Shown: piece by piece, positions 10,277 through 19,851 of the stretch
Position numbering within the stretch: position 1 is the stretch's first letter
Layout of the letters: every line of letters starts with the position of its first letter
Virus record (IMG/VR): IMGVR_UViG_3300037840_000227
Coordinates: 34,783-98,782 of that record
Length of the DNA stretch: 64,000 bases
Source: a virus
Direction: 5' to 3' (one strand)
Notes under the pieces: model-generated
The model's input: only the letters and a program-made list of their open reading frames with translations
Told to the model about the DNA's origin: nothing
Databases searched by the model: none
Program-made: the position numbers and the translations under genes

Positions 10277-12012
10277 AGCGGATCCTCCTCGCCCTTCTCC
10301 TGTCTGTCGCCGCCGTGCCGGCGAGCGCGCAGGATGTCATCAATCGGCTCTTTTCGGTGACGCCCGGCCTTGGCGTCAGCACGGGCATTGATGTCGGCGG
10401 CCAGCAGCATGTCGTCACCACGCTTCCCTCCGGCCTCACCTATCCATCCCCCCTCGTCACCGGGCAGGGGCTTGATATCGATCCGACGGCGGGGACGCTC
10501 AATCAGGGCATCAACATCCTGCAGGCTCCGGCAGGAACGGCATCCGGGCCGGTTGACCTCAATGTCATCAACATCTCGCCTGATACAACCGTGGCGGGAG
10601 CGAACTTTGTCGACGGGCTGGCGATCATCCTCGGCTTTGGCGGCTCGAGCGTCACCGGCGGCCGGCAGGCGTTGCAGGTCATCACCAGCCTCAATGCGGC
10701 GACTGCGCTTGGCAACCCCAATCAGAACTATGTTGGCCTCGTGGCGGAGGCGCAGTCTCAGGTCAATGACAATGGCACCAACAGCGTCGCGCAAGGGCGT
10801 CTCTACGGGTTCAACCCCATCTGTCGCATGGCTGCGGCGGCGACGTTCTTCTATATCTGCAATTCGATGGAGGCCGACGTCCAGGTTGAGGCTGGCGCTT
10901 CCGTTCTTAATAAATACGGCTTTACCGTCGCCCAAACCGCTCTTGATGCGGTGCATGGCTCGACAAGCGAGGCGGCGATCTTCATTGGCGATCAGATCGG
11001 GGCGGCGGCGCCCTGGAACGTCGGGTTCCTCATCGGCGATGGCGTCAATCAGAACCCCATCTCGGCGACAGGCACACTGCTTCTCTTCAAGGGCGCCCCG
11101 ACGATCGCCAATGTCTTTGATCTTTCCAATGCGACGATCTCGACTTGCGCGCTGAAACTCGCGGCTGACTGCGCCGTCGGCGGCAATGGCAATCTCCTTG
11201 CGCCAACGATCACGGCGACAACCCTCATCACCACGCCGGCCCTGACGATCAGCGGCATCACCGGCTCGACGCAGTGCCTCCAGGTGAGCACGCTCGGCGT
11301 AGTCTCCGGCACTGGGACGGGATGCGGGGGCGGCGGCGGCGGTGGCGGCAACGTCTCTAACTCGGGCACGCCATCGGCGGGTCAGATTGCTCTCTGGGTT
11401 ACTTCGACGACGATCCAGGGCGTCGCCAACCTCCCGGTCGCCAATCTCAATGGCGGCACAGGCGCGTCGAACGCCACCTACTGGCGTGGGGATGGAACAT
11501 GGGCGACGCCGCCAGGCGGCACGGGCCGCGTTCTCCTCAATACGTTGACAGCTTCGAGCTCGGCGTCCCTCCAGGATACAACAAGCATTACGGGCACATA
11601 CGCCCATTATGAATTTGATTTCCAGAATGTCATTCCGGCTTCGAGCATCAACCAGTTCGAGATGCTCGTTTGCACCTCGACTTGCGGCTCGTTCCAGACA
11701 TCTGGCTATGCGGGCATTTTTGGCGATTATGGCAATGGAGGGGCTTCGAGCGGCACCTCGGGCTCGTCTCAGCCGCTCTCCAGCGCCGGCATTACAACCG
11801 CATCCAACCTTAGCGGCTTTGTCCGACTCGATTACCCAGCCACGGCCAACTCACCAATCAGCGGCCAGATCACCGGCGCGATCGTCAGCGGCAATTACTT
11901 CTCCACAGCCCCGCAGGGCTGGTGGAACGGCACAGGAATTACGGGAGTGCAGTTTAAGTTCTCGACAGGCAATATTGCGTCGGGCACAATCAAAATCTAT
12001 GGATTCAACTAA
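10273..12012 (+). CDS. Tail fibre/receptor-binding-like protein with signal-peptide-like N-terminus
   Basis: ATGA overlap at 10273. G/T/S-rich beta protein with fibre motif NLNGGTGASNATYWRGDGTWATP and C-terminal domain ending GNIASGTIKIYG. Confidence 0.65.
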   Translation: MKRILLALLLSVAAVPASAQDVINRLFSVTPGLGVSTGIDVGGQQHVVTTLPSGLTYPSPLVTGQGLDIDPTAGTLNQGINILQAPAGTASGPVDLNVINISPDTTVAGANFVDGLAIILGFGGSSVTGGRQALQVITSLNAATALGNPNQNYVGLVAEAQSQVNDNGTNSVAQGRLYGFNPICRMAAAATFFYICNSMEADVQVEAGASVLNKYGFTVAQTALDAVHGSTSEAAIFIGDQIGAAAPWNVGFLIGDGVNQNPISATGTLLLFKGAPTIANVFDLSNATISTCALKLAADCAVGGNGNLLAPTITATTLITTPALTISGITGSTQCLQVSTLGVVSGTGTGCGGGGGGGGNVSNSGTPSAGQIALWVTSTTIQGVANLPVANLNGGTGASNATYWRGDGTWATPPGGTGRVLLNTLTASSSASLQDTTSITGTYAHYEFDFQNVIPASSINQFEMLVCTSTCGSFQTSGYAGIFGDYGNGGASSGTSGSSQPLSSAGITTASNLSGFVRLDYPATANSPISGQITGAIVSGNYFSTAPQGWWNGTGITGVQFKFSTGNIASGTIKIYGFN

Positions 12013-12027
12013 CCACGGAGGCGAATC

Positions 12028-12432
12028 ATGAAGCATGTCTTGGCGCTGACCTTTTTCCTGTCGCCCGTCGCGGCGCTGGCCCAGCCGGTCGGCAAACCTA
12101 CCGAGGGGCTCCCGCCAGCGCCGATCACGCTGAGCGCCCAAGAACTCAATGACATCGTTACGACTCTTCGCCAGAGCGGCCTCTTCGTCCAGCAGGCGGA
12201 TGGTTCGATGCAGCCCTATGTCGGCAACGGCGCGGCGAAGGTGATCCAGTTGCTCGCAACGAAGGAAGCGGCAGCCGCTCATGACCTCGCCGAGGCGACG
12301 GCGGCGAAGGCCAAGGAAGAAGAGAAGAAGGCCGACGGCGAGAAGCCGCCACGGCCGCCCCATCGGCCCGACGGCGCCGAACGCACCGAGCCGCTCCGCG
12401 ACGGGGAACATCACACTGAGCCGGCTAAATGA
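12028..12432 (+). CDS. Hypothetical exported protein
   Basis: GGAGG RBS; signal-like N-terminus ending ALA-Q. Confidence 0.6.
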   Translation: MKHVLALTFFLSPVAALAQPVGKPTEGLPPAPITLSAQELNDIVTTLRQSGLFVQQADGSMQPYVGNGAAKVIQLLATKEAAAAHDLAEATAAKAKEEEKKADGEKPPRPPHRPDGAERTEPLRDGEHHTEPAK

Positions 12433-12755
12433 AGCCGGCGGGGATTGCCGCGGCTTTCCTTATCGCTTCCTACGGGTTCCTTGGCCCGGCCAGCGGGCAC
12501 GATCGTTGGGATAACGGCGATCCAGTTCCGAGTTGGGTGAAGACCCGCTGCTGCGGAAAGTCCGATGTCCACCACATTCCGAATGAGGCCATCCGTATCA
12601 TGGCGGACGGCTATCACATCGAAGGCATCAACACTGTCGTTCCGTTTTCCCAAGCGCTTCCGTCGCCAGACGCGACTTACTGGGGTTTCTGGGCGCCCCT
12701 CGGAGAACCGAACCCTGCCATTTTTTGCTTTTTTGCACCTCCTAATGGGATGTAG
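12429..12755 (+). CDS. Small exported Cys-containing phage protein
   Basis: ATGA overlap; signal-like N-terminus; HDRW...RCCGKSD...IFCFFAPP. Confidence 0.65.
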   Translation: MKPAGIAAAFLIASYGFLGPASGHDRWDNGDPVPSWVKTRCCGKSDVHHIPNEAIRIMADGYHIEGINTVVPFSQALPSPDATYWGFWAPLGEPNPAIFCFFAPPNGM

Positions 12756-12826
12756 TCGTAGGATCCTTCGATGAAATGGTTTATGCTTCTCGTCATCATT
12801 CTTAGCGACGGCCGATATCAGTCGGC

Positions 12827-13366
12827 ATGGTTCCGGCCAGCCGCGCTTTTGACGTGAAGGCTGTCGACGCATTCTTGGACGAAAAGGGAAAGCTTCTCCA
12901 AGGCGCGCCGCCGACCTGGATTCCCGGCCGCGATGGCATTGAGTTGATGGCCATTTGGAATATCGAAGACAGCTTAGGCATTGTTCGAGCGCATCTGAGA
13001 TTTAGGGTTGATCCGCAGAGCCGGAGCTACCCGAGCGTTTCGCTGATTTTTCGCAACAATCAAGTATGGCGCATTGATCTTGCGGAGCTGACCCTCTGCA
13101 AGCCAAATCCGGTATGGGCAAGGTCTGTCGGCGCGCCAAGCACGGTTTGCGGGTCCCACAGTCACGGGTGGCCCGATAATCGCGAACACATCCTAAGCCA
13201 GGAAATGTGGGAGTTGCCGTGCCGCCAACCGATAGCTCCGCAGATTAGGCGTCTTCCGCATGCCGTTCCCTGGCTGGCCGAACGGATTAACTTGACGTTG
13301 AGTCCTGATCAGCGAGACTTCGACGTGCCTCCGCAGGCGAGTTTGTTTTGGAACGACCGGTCATGA
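12827..13366 (+). CDS. Hypothetical protein (DUF6978-like), first gene of a two-gene moron
   Basis: WRIDL...KPNP...VCGSHSHGW motif; coupled to the next gene by ATGA. Confidence 0.5.
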   Translation: MVPASRAFDVKAVDAFLDEKGKLLQGAPPTWIPGRDGIELMAIWNIEDSLGIVRAHLRFRVDPQSRSYPSVSLIFRNNQVWRIDLAELTLCKPNPVWARSVGAPSTVCGSHSHGWPDNREHILSQEMWELPCRQPIAPQIRRLPHAVPWLAERINLTLSPDQRDFDVPPQASLFWNDRS

Positions 13367-13866
13367 TCTGTGAGGCTGTCCAGGGCGCGTTAAGCAACTT
13401 CGGCTCGTGTGAGGAGTCGGAGAGCGGAGCCCGCATTCCCACGCATTGCCTTTATCCGTCTTTTGAGACGGTACATGTTCATATCGTGAGGTACGGGGAT
13501 GGCTTTAAAGTTCACGATGGTTCCGGAGCCTTTCGATGTGCGTGGGATCACGGCCGTGACGCACCGATGATTACTCGCTGCCTAAGTCGGGAGGCGTCAC
13601 GCTACCACATTAGCGTTCGCGAAGGCTCCCTTGTTGCTGACGCCCCCACTATTGACTGGCTGGGGAGCGCCATCCTATCGGTGTGCAATGCGTCGGCCGC
13701 CGCCGCAAATGCGGCCGTTGCGCATTTCGCGGCCGCGGCCGAATCGGACCTTGCAGACAGAATTAATGAATCGCTCGTGCGAGAATTCACCAAGAAGCGC
13801 GTCGCGAGAGAATTTCTGTCGCGATTGTTCGGTGCGTTCAAGGCAGTGTGGGGATGGGGTTTCTAA
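13363..13866 (+). CDS. DUF1828-like protein, apparently C-terminally truncated
   Basis: RIPTHCLYPSFETVHVHI....GFKVHDG resembles DUF1828. The ORF ends abruptly after VAREF. Confidence 0.5.
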   Translation: MICEAVQGALSNFGSCEESESGARIPTHCLYPSFETVHVHIVRYGDGFKVHDGSGAFRCAWDHGRDAPMITRCLSREASRYHISVREGSLVADAPTIDWLGSAILSVCNASAAAANAAVAHFAAAAESDLADRINESLVREFTKKRVAREFLSRLFGAFKAVWGWGF

Positions 13867-13892
13867 CGACTCCTTGATTTCAGCCGCCTGGC

Positions 13893-14156
13893 ATGGGAAA
13901 TGTGGCTAAAATGCTACTGCCAAGGCCCAAAAGGCGCCCTCCAGTTGCAGAATCGTCGTATTTAGTGGAAAAGCTACGCCAGTTGGCTCGGGGACGACCG
14001 GCGATGACCCAAGGGCAGATTGCAGCGGAACTCGGTGTAGGCATCACCAGTGTTCACCGCTGGGCTAAAAAGCACCACATTCCGACATTGAGCCGGTCTG
14101 AGGGACGACTCGTCGCCATGGCGCAACGCGCTGGCCGTGTCGGGCGGGGCCCCTAA
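13893..14156 (+). CDS. Small HTH protein
   Basis: MTQGQIAAELGVGITSVHRWAK helix-turn-helix. Confidence 0.65.
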   Translation: MGNVAKMLLPRPKRRPPVAESSYLVEKLRQLARGRPAMTQGQIAAELGVGITSVHRWAKKHHIPTLSRSEGRLVAMAQRAGRVGRGP

Positions 14157-15412
14157 TGGGCGCCGCGCCTCTCACGCCGCAGCAAATGGCTGCGACGCGC
14201 GAGGCCATTTCCAAAAGTTTGCGTCCGGACGGCTCCGTTAACGCAACGGAGGCCTCCAGGCTCCTCGGAATCACGCGCTCTGCGCTGCATCTTAGAATGC
14301 AGCGTCTCGACGAATACGATGAGCGCTTGCGGAAGGCCGAGCATGGCGAGCTAGGCTTCGACGCGGTGCTGCCCGGCTACACGATCAAGTCGACATCCAG
14401 CGATGGCGAGAAGACTTGGGTTAAGCAGGTCAAGGAGCACGGCGGCCAGTTCGCCACTCCAACCGAGCATACCGTCAAGGGCGTCTCGGCATTGATCGAC
14501 GCACAGGGCCGCGTCATTCAGCAATGGGTCAAGACGCGGCAGGGGGCGGTTGACCCGGCTGAATTAGCCCGCGGCTTAGAGGCGTCATTTGCTGACTTCG
14601 AGCCTAGCGCTGCGCCCAAACCGCCGCCGGAGGGGGACCTAGCGGATCAGCTTGCAGTCTTTCCTTGGGCAGACCCGCACCTCGGGCTCCTGGTGTGGGG
14701 GGAAGAGGCGGCGATCGACTGGGACCTGAATACAGCCGTGAAGGTGATGAACGATGCTTTCTCGAAGGTGATTGCGCGGACGCCCGCGACAGCCAAGGCA
14801 ATATTGCTCGTGGGCGGCGATACGATGCATGCCGACTCAAACGAAAATCGCACGCCTCAGAGCGGACATGCCCTTCAGGTTGACGGCCGGTTCCCCAAGG
14901 TCATGCAAATCACCTGTGAGACGATCGTCCGGAATGCTGATTTGCTTCTCTCGCACCACGGCGAGGTCGAGATTATCGTTGTCCCCGGCAACCATGACGA
15001 AATGAGCGCCTATGCGATCGCCTACTTCCTCAACGCCTGGTATCGCAATGAGCCTCGCATGCGGGTGGACACCTCGCCCTCTCTCTTCCGGTTCAGGGAA
15101 TTTGGGCGTGTGATGATCGCCACTACGCATGGGCACGCCGCGAAGATAAAGAACATGCCGGCGATCATGGCGGCGCGCGAGCCAGAGATGTGGGGACGCA
15201 CCCAGCACCGCTATTGCCTCGGATTCCACATCCACCACCAGCAGAAGACAGTCTCCGAAGGCGGCGGCTGCATCACTGAGACGTTCCAGATCATCGCGCC
15301 CCAGGATGCTTGGCACTTTAACCAGGGCTACCTCTCCGGGCGCTCGCTTCAATCCATCGTCTATGACAGAGAACACGGAGAGGTCGGCCGCACCCGAGTC
15401 GCAGTCCTATAG
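14156..15412 (+). CDS. HTH plus calcineurin-like metallophosphoesterase
   Basis: DPH, GGD..H, PGNHD, THGH and FHIHH motifs; N-terminal HTH (NATEASRLLGITRSAL). Confidence 0.8.
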   Translation: MGAAPLTPQQMAATREAISKSLRPDGSVNATEASRLLGITRSALHLRMQRLDEYDERLRKAEHGELGFDAVLPGYTIKSTSSDGEKTWVKQVKEHGGQFATPTEHTVKGVSALIDAQGRVIQQWVKTRQGAVDPAELARGLEASFADFEPSAAPKPPPEGDLADQLAVFPWADPHLGLLVWGEEAAIDWDLNTAVKVMNDAFSKVIARTPATAKAILLVGGDTMHADSNENRTPQSGHALQVDGRFPKVMQITCETIVRNADLLLSHHGEVEIIVVPGNHDEMSAYAIAYFLNAWYRNEPRMRVDTSPSLFRFREFGRVMIATTHGHAAKIKNMPAIMAAREPEMWGRTQHRYCLGFHIHHQQKTVSEGGGCITETFQIIAPQDAWHFNQGYLSGRSLQSIVYDREHGEVGRTRVAVL

Positions 15413-15420
15413 GAGCAACC

Positions 15421-15951
15421 ATGGCGCGAGTTGGAGATTGGATTCAAACCTTCACAGGCAAGCAGTTTTGGCCGCTCGATCCCCGGCCGGATGAAATCTG
15501 CATTGAGGATATTGCCCACGCCTTATCAATGCAGTGTCGATATTCGGGGCACTCGAAAAAGTTCTACTCGGTGTGCGAGCACAGCGTCCACGTAAGTTTC
15601 ACCTGCGATCCGGCGGACGCCTTCTGGGGGCTCCTTCACGACGCCTCCGAGGCTTATATCGTCGACATTCCCCGGCCGATAAAGCCCTACCTGACGAATT
15701 ACGAAAAGCTTGAGGCCTTGGTGATGGCGGCCGTATGCGAGAAGTTTGATTTGCCGAAGGAAATGCCCGCTAGTGTGAAGACGGCGGACTTCGGGATGCT
15801 CACCTCGGAAATGGAGCAACTCATGGCGCCGCCGGCAGCCGACTGGCATATTGACCTCAATGCGCCGCGCGTGAGGCTATTCTGCTGGGATCCTGACACG
15901 GCTCGGCGCATGTTCTTGCACCGCTTCAATCAACTGGCCTTTGGGGGATGA
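15421..15951 (+). CDS. HD-domain 5'-deoxynucleotidase-like phosphohydrolase
   Basis: IEDIAHALS..CRY.GH...YSVCEHS...LLHDASEAY..DIPRP.K, YfbR-like. Confidence 0.85.
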   Translation: MARVGDWIQTFTGKQFWPLDPRPDEICIEDIAHALSMQCRYSGHSKKFYSVCEHSVHVSFTCDPADAFWGLLHDASEAYIVDIPRPIKPYLTNYEKLEALVMAAVCEKFDLPKEMPASVKTADFGMLTSEMEQLMAPPAADWHIDLNAPRVRLFCWDPDTARRMFLHRFNQLAFGG

Positions 15952-16256
15952 CGATGGCCAAGCGCCTCAACCGACGCGAGCTGGCCGAGCACGTCGGTCA
16001 GCTTATCGCCTCGGAGCGGAATGCGACGCATGGCGATCCGCATATCCAGTTCGCCTGCCAGCGGGCGCTTATGGAGGTTCTCGAGCGCCATCCCTCCTTC
16101 GCCGAGCTGGGCCCCACCGAGCGCCACGCAATGGAGATGATCACGACGAAGATCTCGAGGATCGCGTGCGGAGCCAATATCCAGGACACATGGGTTGATA
16201 TCAGCGGCTATGCCCTGATCGCGGCCGAAGTTGCGGAGAAGCCGCTCACCAAATGA
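15948..16256 (+). CDS. DUF6378-like small phage protein
   Basis: ERNATHGDP...KISRI....DTWVDISGYA motif. Confidence 0.7.
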   Translation: MTMAKRLNRRELAEHVGQLIASERNATHGDPHIQFACQRALMEVLERHPSFAELGPTERHAMEMITTKISRIACGANIQDTWVDISGYALIAAEVAEKPLTK

Positions 16257-16268
16257 GGGGATACGGAC

Positions 16269-16844
16269 TTGACGCATCTCAACTATGTGCGAAACACCTC
16301 CGGGTTGCCCGCAACGATTGAGCAGGCGAAATTGATGGGAACTACCCAGTATTTCACGGGTATCCCATGCGCCCGAGGGCACATAGCGCCCAGAACATTA
16401 AGTAGCCGTGGATGTGTGGAGTGTGTTCGTCTCCACCGCTTAAAATATTTGTCTGTTCCTGAGAACAGGGAGAAGCTTAGAGCCACTCGCAATAGGAAAT
16501 GCGAACGGGAGACATTCGCCAAACGGAAACGAAATCTTAAGACGTGGGCATGGACTATAATTACTAATCTGCGCTCGCGCGCGAAACAAAAGGGTCTTGA
16601 GTGCTCTATCCTTCCGAGCGACATCTTCGTTCCGACTGTGTGTCCTGTCCTTGGCATTCCTCTTATGGCGGGTGCAGAATCTCCTAAGGCCAACTGGCCT
16701 TCAGTAGACCGCGTAGATAATGCCTGCGGCTATGTGAAGGGGAATATCCGGGTGATCAGCGCACGCGCAAACCACTTAAAAAGCGACGCAACTGTCGAAG
16801 AGATAAGGAGCCTTCTTGCCTATATGGAGGGAAGGCTATTTTGA
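16269..16844 (+). CDS. HNH-type endonuclease
   Basis: YFTGIPCARGH N-terminus; CPVLG...PSVDRVDN..GY.KGN.RVIS.RAN..K. Confidence 0.8.
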   Translation: MTHLNYVRNTSGLPATIEQAKLMGTTQYFTGIPCARGHIAPRTLSSRGCVECVRLHRLKYLSVPENREKLRATRNRKCERETFAKRKRNLKTWAWTIITNLRSRAKQKGLECSILPSDIFVPTVCPVLGIPLMAGAESPKANWPSVDRVDNACGYVKGNIRVISARANHLKSDATVEEIRSLLAYMEGRLF

Positions 16845-17308
16845 CTACAATTGCCGTCAGAAAAGGAGCGCTTGCCACCGACAGCCGAGTCACGTCCGAG
16901 GACGGCCTTTCGCCTGAGACGACGAAGAAGGCCTGGATCAGCCAGAAGCATAAGGCGATCTTCGCCTGTGCGGGAGATCTGGCGAACGTCAACGCCGCCG
17001 CGAAAATGGTTGAGGCTAAAAGGAAATTGCCATGGGACGCGCCGACTGCTTGGGCGCACCGCGACATGCCGGACCTCGATGATTCGATCATCATTGTCCT
17101 GCGCAAGGATGGCCGCATGTTCGTCATAGAGGCGCAAGGCTGGTATGAGTCGGAGAGTCCGTTCTATGCCGTCGGCTCCGGCGCGATGGCGGCGCTAGCG
17201 GCGATGAAAATGGGCGCTAGCGCGCAGCGGGCGGTCAAGATCGCGATCGAGCTCGATCATATGTCGGGGCCTCCCGTGGTAGTCTTCAAAACCTCGGATA
17301 TTCGCTAA
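16841..17308 (+). CDS. HslV/proteasome-beta-like Ntn threonine protease
   Basis: MTTIA N-terminus (Thr nucleophile); ATDSRVT, AGD, AVGSG..A, D..SG. Confidence 0.8.
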   Translation: MTTIAVRKGALATDSRVTSEDGLSPETTKKAWISQKHKAIFACAGDLANVNAAAKMVEAKRKLPWDAPTAWAHRDMPDLDDSIIIVLRKDGRMFVIEAQGWYESESPFYAVGSGAMAALAAMKMGASAQRAVKIAIELDHMSGPPVVVFKTSDIR

Positions 17309-17373
17309 TCGACAATTCGCCGTGCGCAAGCCCCTGATTGGGACTATGCTGGGGGAGACAAAGCGGGGATCTC

Positions 17374-17739
17374 ATGAGAGCGCTTATCGCTTCCCTCCTT
17401 CTCTTCGCCGCCCCGACAGTGGCCGGCGCCGTCTCTTGCGAGCAGGACGCGGCGCCTATCAAGGCTGCGATTACGGACAAGGGCGGACGCTGGATCGAAC
17501 TCAATCACGATCAGCGGATGTTTGTCGCCGCCTATTATATCCTCTCGCCCGCCACACCCTCCAACGCGCCGCTGGGGGACAAGACTGTCCTTGCCAAGTT
17601 GCCGGGCGATAAGGGAGGCCTTTTAATTTGGCTGGACGGCGACAAGGCCTGCGTGGCGCTCCCGATCCCAGACGAGCTCCTTACCCTCATGGACGATGTG
17701 ACAAGCGGCGAGGTCCATCACGTAGGAAGCGGTTCGTGA
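17374..17739 (+). CDS. Hypothetical exported protein
   Basis: Signal-like MRALIASLLLFAAPTVAGA. Confidence 0.55.
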   Translation: MRALIASLLLFAAPTVAGAVSCEQDAAPIKAAITDKGGRWIELNHDQRMFVAAYYILSPATPSNAPLGDKTVLAKLPGDKGGLLIWLDGDKACVALPIPDELLTLMDDVTSGEVHHVGSGS

Positions 17740-17748
17740 GGGCTCCCG

Positions 17749-18813
17749 ATGGGCGACTGGCTCGGGTTTGATCCAACTCCCTACACACCAGATGAATGGA
17801 TCGCGCATGTCGCGTCGCTTGATCTATCGAAGATGCTATGGAAGCCGAGCAAAATTGTTCTTCACGCCACCGGGCTACCGACATTATCGCAATGGGTTGA
17901 GCTGGGGCCGGCTCATGACGCGCGGCTACGCAACCTCGAAGCGCTTTATCAAGGCATGGGCTGGAAACATGGCCCCCATGCGTTTGTTTCACGCTCGCAT
18001 ATCAACGGGTTCTCGACTCTCTATGATCGCGGTACGCACGATTCCTGCGAAAACGCCGTCGCCTTCGGGATAGAGCAGGCTGGCAACTACAATATCGGCT
18101 ACGACGCCTACCTGACCGGCGACGGCGCGCTTGTCCGCACAAACGCGATCTTGTGCGTATCGACTTTGGCGTTGAGATTCCATGTCGCAGAAGTCGATAT
18201 CATCCCCCACTCGGCTTGCCGGGCCGACGGTCATTTCAATTGTCCGGGCAATGAAAACGACATGGGCCTCTTCGTGCGTGACGTGCGCGCCAAGATGGTT
18301 GATCTGCTGAACCACCCGGCGACCGGATCCTCCTTTTCCCTGCCGCCATGGCCGGCGCCCGGCGATCCCTTCTTCGCCCTCGGCGCGCGGGTGTGGAACA
18401 AGTGGCTATCGCTTGCCTATGACGTCCCAGCGGTTGCCGCCCTGACCGGGCGCGGCGAAGGTGAATGCTCGTTGAATGTCAAACTCCGCGGCGACAGCGG
18501 AACGGCTGGAGGGCTCTATCAGTGGCATAAGCCGCGCCGCGACTTGATTCTCGCCGGTTGCGGGATCGATGTCTGGGCGGAACCGGACATAGAGAAGCAT
18601 GTCGCGGCCGCGCACTGGGAATTGCATAATAGCGAGCGTGTCGCGCTCGAAAAGATCGAGGCGGCGACAACGATTGCCGATGCGGGCGCGGCCGTCGCGG
18701 TCTTCTATTGCCGCGCCGGCGCGCCGCTGGCTGCCCAAAAGACAGGCGCCTATGCCCAGCGGTGGGCGACACTGTTTCAAAATGATCCAAGCCTTCTTCA
18801 GGTTTCGCCCTAA
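17749..18813 (+). CDS. Endolysin: N-acetylmuramoyl-L-alanine amidase plus tail-lysozyme-like domain
   Basis: IVLHAT / IIPH / NCPG Zn ligands; C-terminal GECSLN...GDSGTAGGLYQWH..R. Confidence 0.8.
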   Translation: MGDWLGFDPTPYTPDEWIAHVASLDLSKMLWKPSKIVLHATGLPTLSQWVELGPAHDARLRNLEALYQGMGWKHGPHAFVSRSHINGFSTLYDRGTHDSCENAVAFGIEQAGNYNIGYDAYLTGDGALVRTNAILCVSTLALRFHVAEVDIIPHSACRADGHFNCPGNENDMGLFVRDVRAKMVDLLNHPATGSSFSLPPWPAPGDPFFALGARVWNKWLSLAYDVPAVAALTGRGEGECSLNVKLRGDSGTAGGLYQWHKPRRDLILAGCGIDVWAEPDIEKHVAAAHWELHNSERVALEKIEAATTIADAGAAVAVFYCRAGAPLAAQKTGAYAQRWATLFQNDPSLLQVSP

Positions 18814-18930
18814 TGGACAGCGGCGACTGCGCCTTTTGGGCCGGCGTCGTTTTGTGTATAGCCGTTGGATGGATTGTCATCGGCTTAGCCTTCGAATCAG
18901 TTATGAGATGGAGAGGAAGGGAATAGGCGC

Positions 18931-19275
18931 ATGAAATTCGAGCTCGATCCGAAGACTGTCCAGTATATCTGCGCTACATTTGCCCTGATCGGGCTTCTCG
19001 CGACTGCGTCGCCCTCCATGTTTCCGTCCTATCTGCCGGCCGGTGTCGTCGCCGATGTCATCCAGACCGCCGGCTTCTTGACTTTCCTGTGGAACGGCTT
19101 CAACGCGATCACTCATGGGTTCTCGTCCTCGAGGCCTGGCCCGTGGGCGCCGCAGGATCCCCCTGTCGTCGTCGAGGCGCAGAAAGTCGCCGATCTTCCC
19201 CCGACAGCCGGCCCGGTGCTGATCGCCGACACCAAGGCCGCGGCGACACAGGCCGTCCTTAACCACCAACCCTGA
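18931..19275 (+). CDS. Holin-like membrane protein
   Basis: Two hydrophobic segments, just downstream of the endolysin. Confidence 0.5.
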   Translation: MKFELDPKTVQYICATFALIGLLATASPSMFPSYLPAGVVADVIQTAGFLTFLWNGFNAITHGFSSSRPGPWAPQDPPVVVEAQKVADLPPTAGPVLIADTKAAATQAVLNHQP

Positions 19276-19286
19276 AGGAGAAGCAA

Positions 19287-19631
19287 ATGAGAAAGATCGC
19301 CATCTTCGCCCTCGCGGCGTCGCTGTTCACCTCGGCTTGCGCGAGTTCGCAGATTTCGCAGACCGAGCAGGCCATTATCACCGATGTCCAGGCCATCACG
19401 GTTCCTCTGTGCGGGTTCCTGCCGGCCGCTGCGTCGATCGGCTCCATCTTCCTCGCCGGGGACCCGGCGCTTGCGACGGCCGAGCAGATCGCCAATGCCG
19501 TCTGCGCCGCAGTGAACGGGACAGCGCCTCCGGCGGCGGCCCGAGCAATGCGCAAGCGCGGCAATGGCCTCCCGGCGATCATCGTGAATGGGCGCCCAGT
19601 GGTGGTTAACGGCTCCTACGTCACGCACTAA
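19287..19631 (+). CDS. Lipoprotein
   Basis: GAAGGAG RBS; signal peptide with lipobox-like TSAC. Confidence 0.6.
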   Translation: MRKIAIFALAASLFTSACASSQISQTEQAIITDVQAITVPLCGFLPAAASIGSIFLAGDPALATAEQIANAVCAAVNGTAPPAAARAMRKRGNGLPAIIVNGRPVVVNGSYVTH

Positions 19632-19644
19632 GGGAGCGGCGCCC

Positions 19645-19842
19645 ATGTTCATCCTTTACTTTCTGATGGACCTGGGCGCCATCATCCTTGGCGTCATCGT
19701 GACGGTTGCTCTCTTCGGCGCCGACGTTATGTGGGCTGGCGATTCGCCGGGTACGGCGCCGTGGTGGATATGGGCCGTCACCGCCATAGGGCCGCTCATG
19801 ACGATTGCCGGTATCGTGGGACTTGTGAGGCTTTTCCTCTAG
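19645..19842 (+). CDS. Small two-TM membrane protein
   Basis: Two hydrophobic helices; GGGAG RBS. Confidence 0.55.
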   Translation: MFILYFLMDLGAIILGVIVTVALFGADVMWAGDSPGTAPWWIWAVTAIGPLMTIAGIVGLVRLFL

Positions 19843-19851
19843 GAGATTCGG

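Noticed and set aside
1646-11607. Long antisense ORFs (1646-2941, 4006-4908, 6840-8072, 10216-11607)
   Set aside because: These are shadow frames of GC-rich genes on the plus strand and have no motifs.
14156-16256. Z-base (2-aminoadenine) pathway suggested by the HD hydrolase
   Set aside because: No PurZ-like synthetase or phage DNA polymerase is present in the window.
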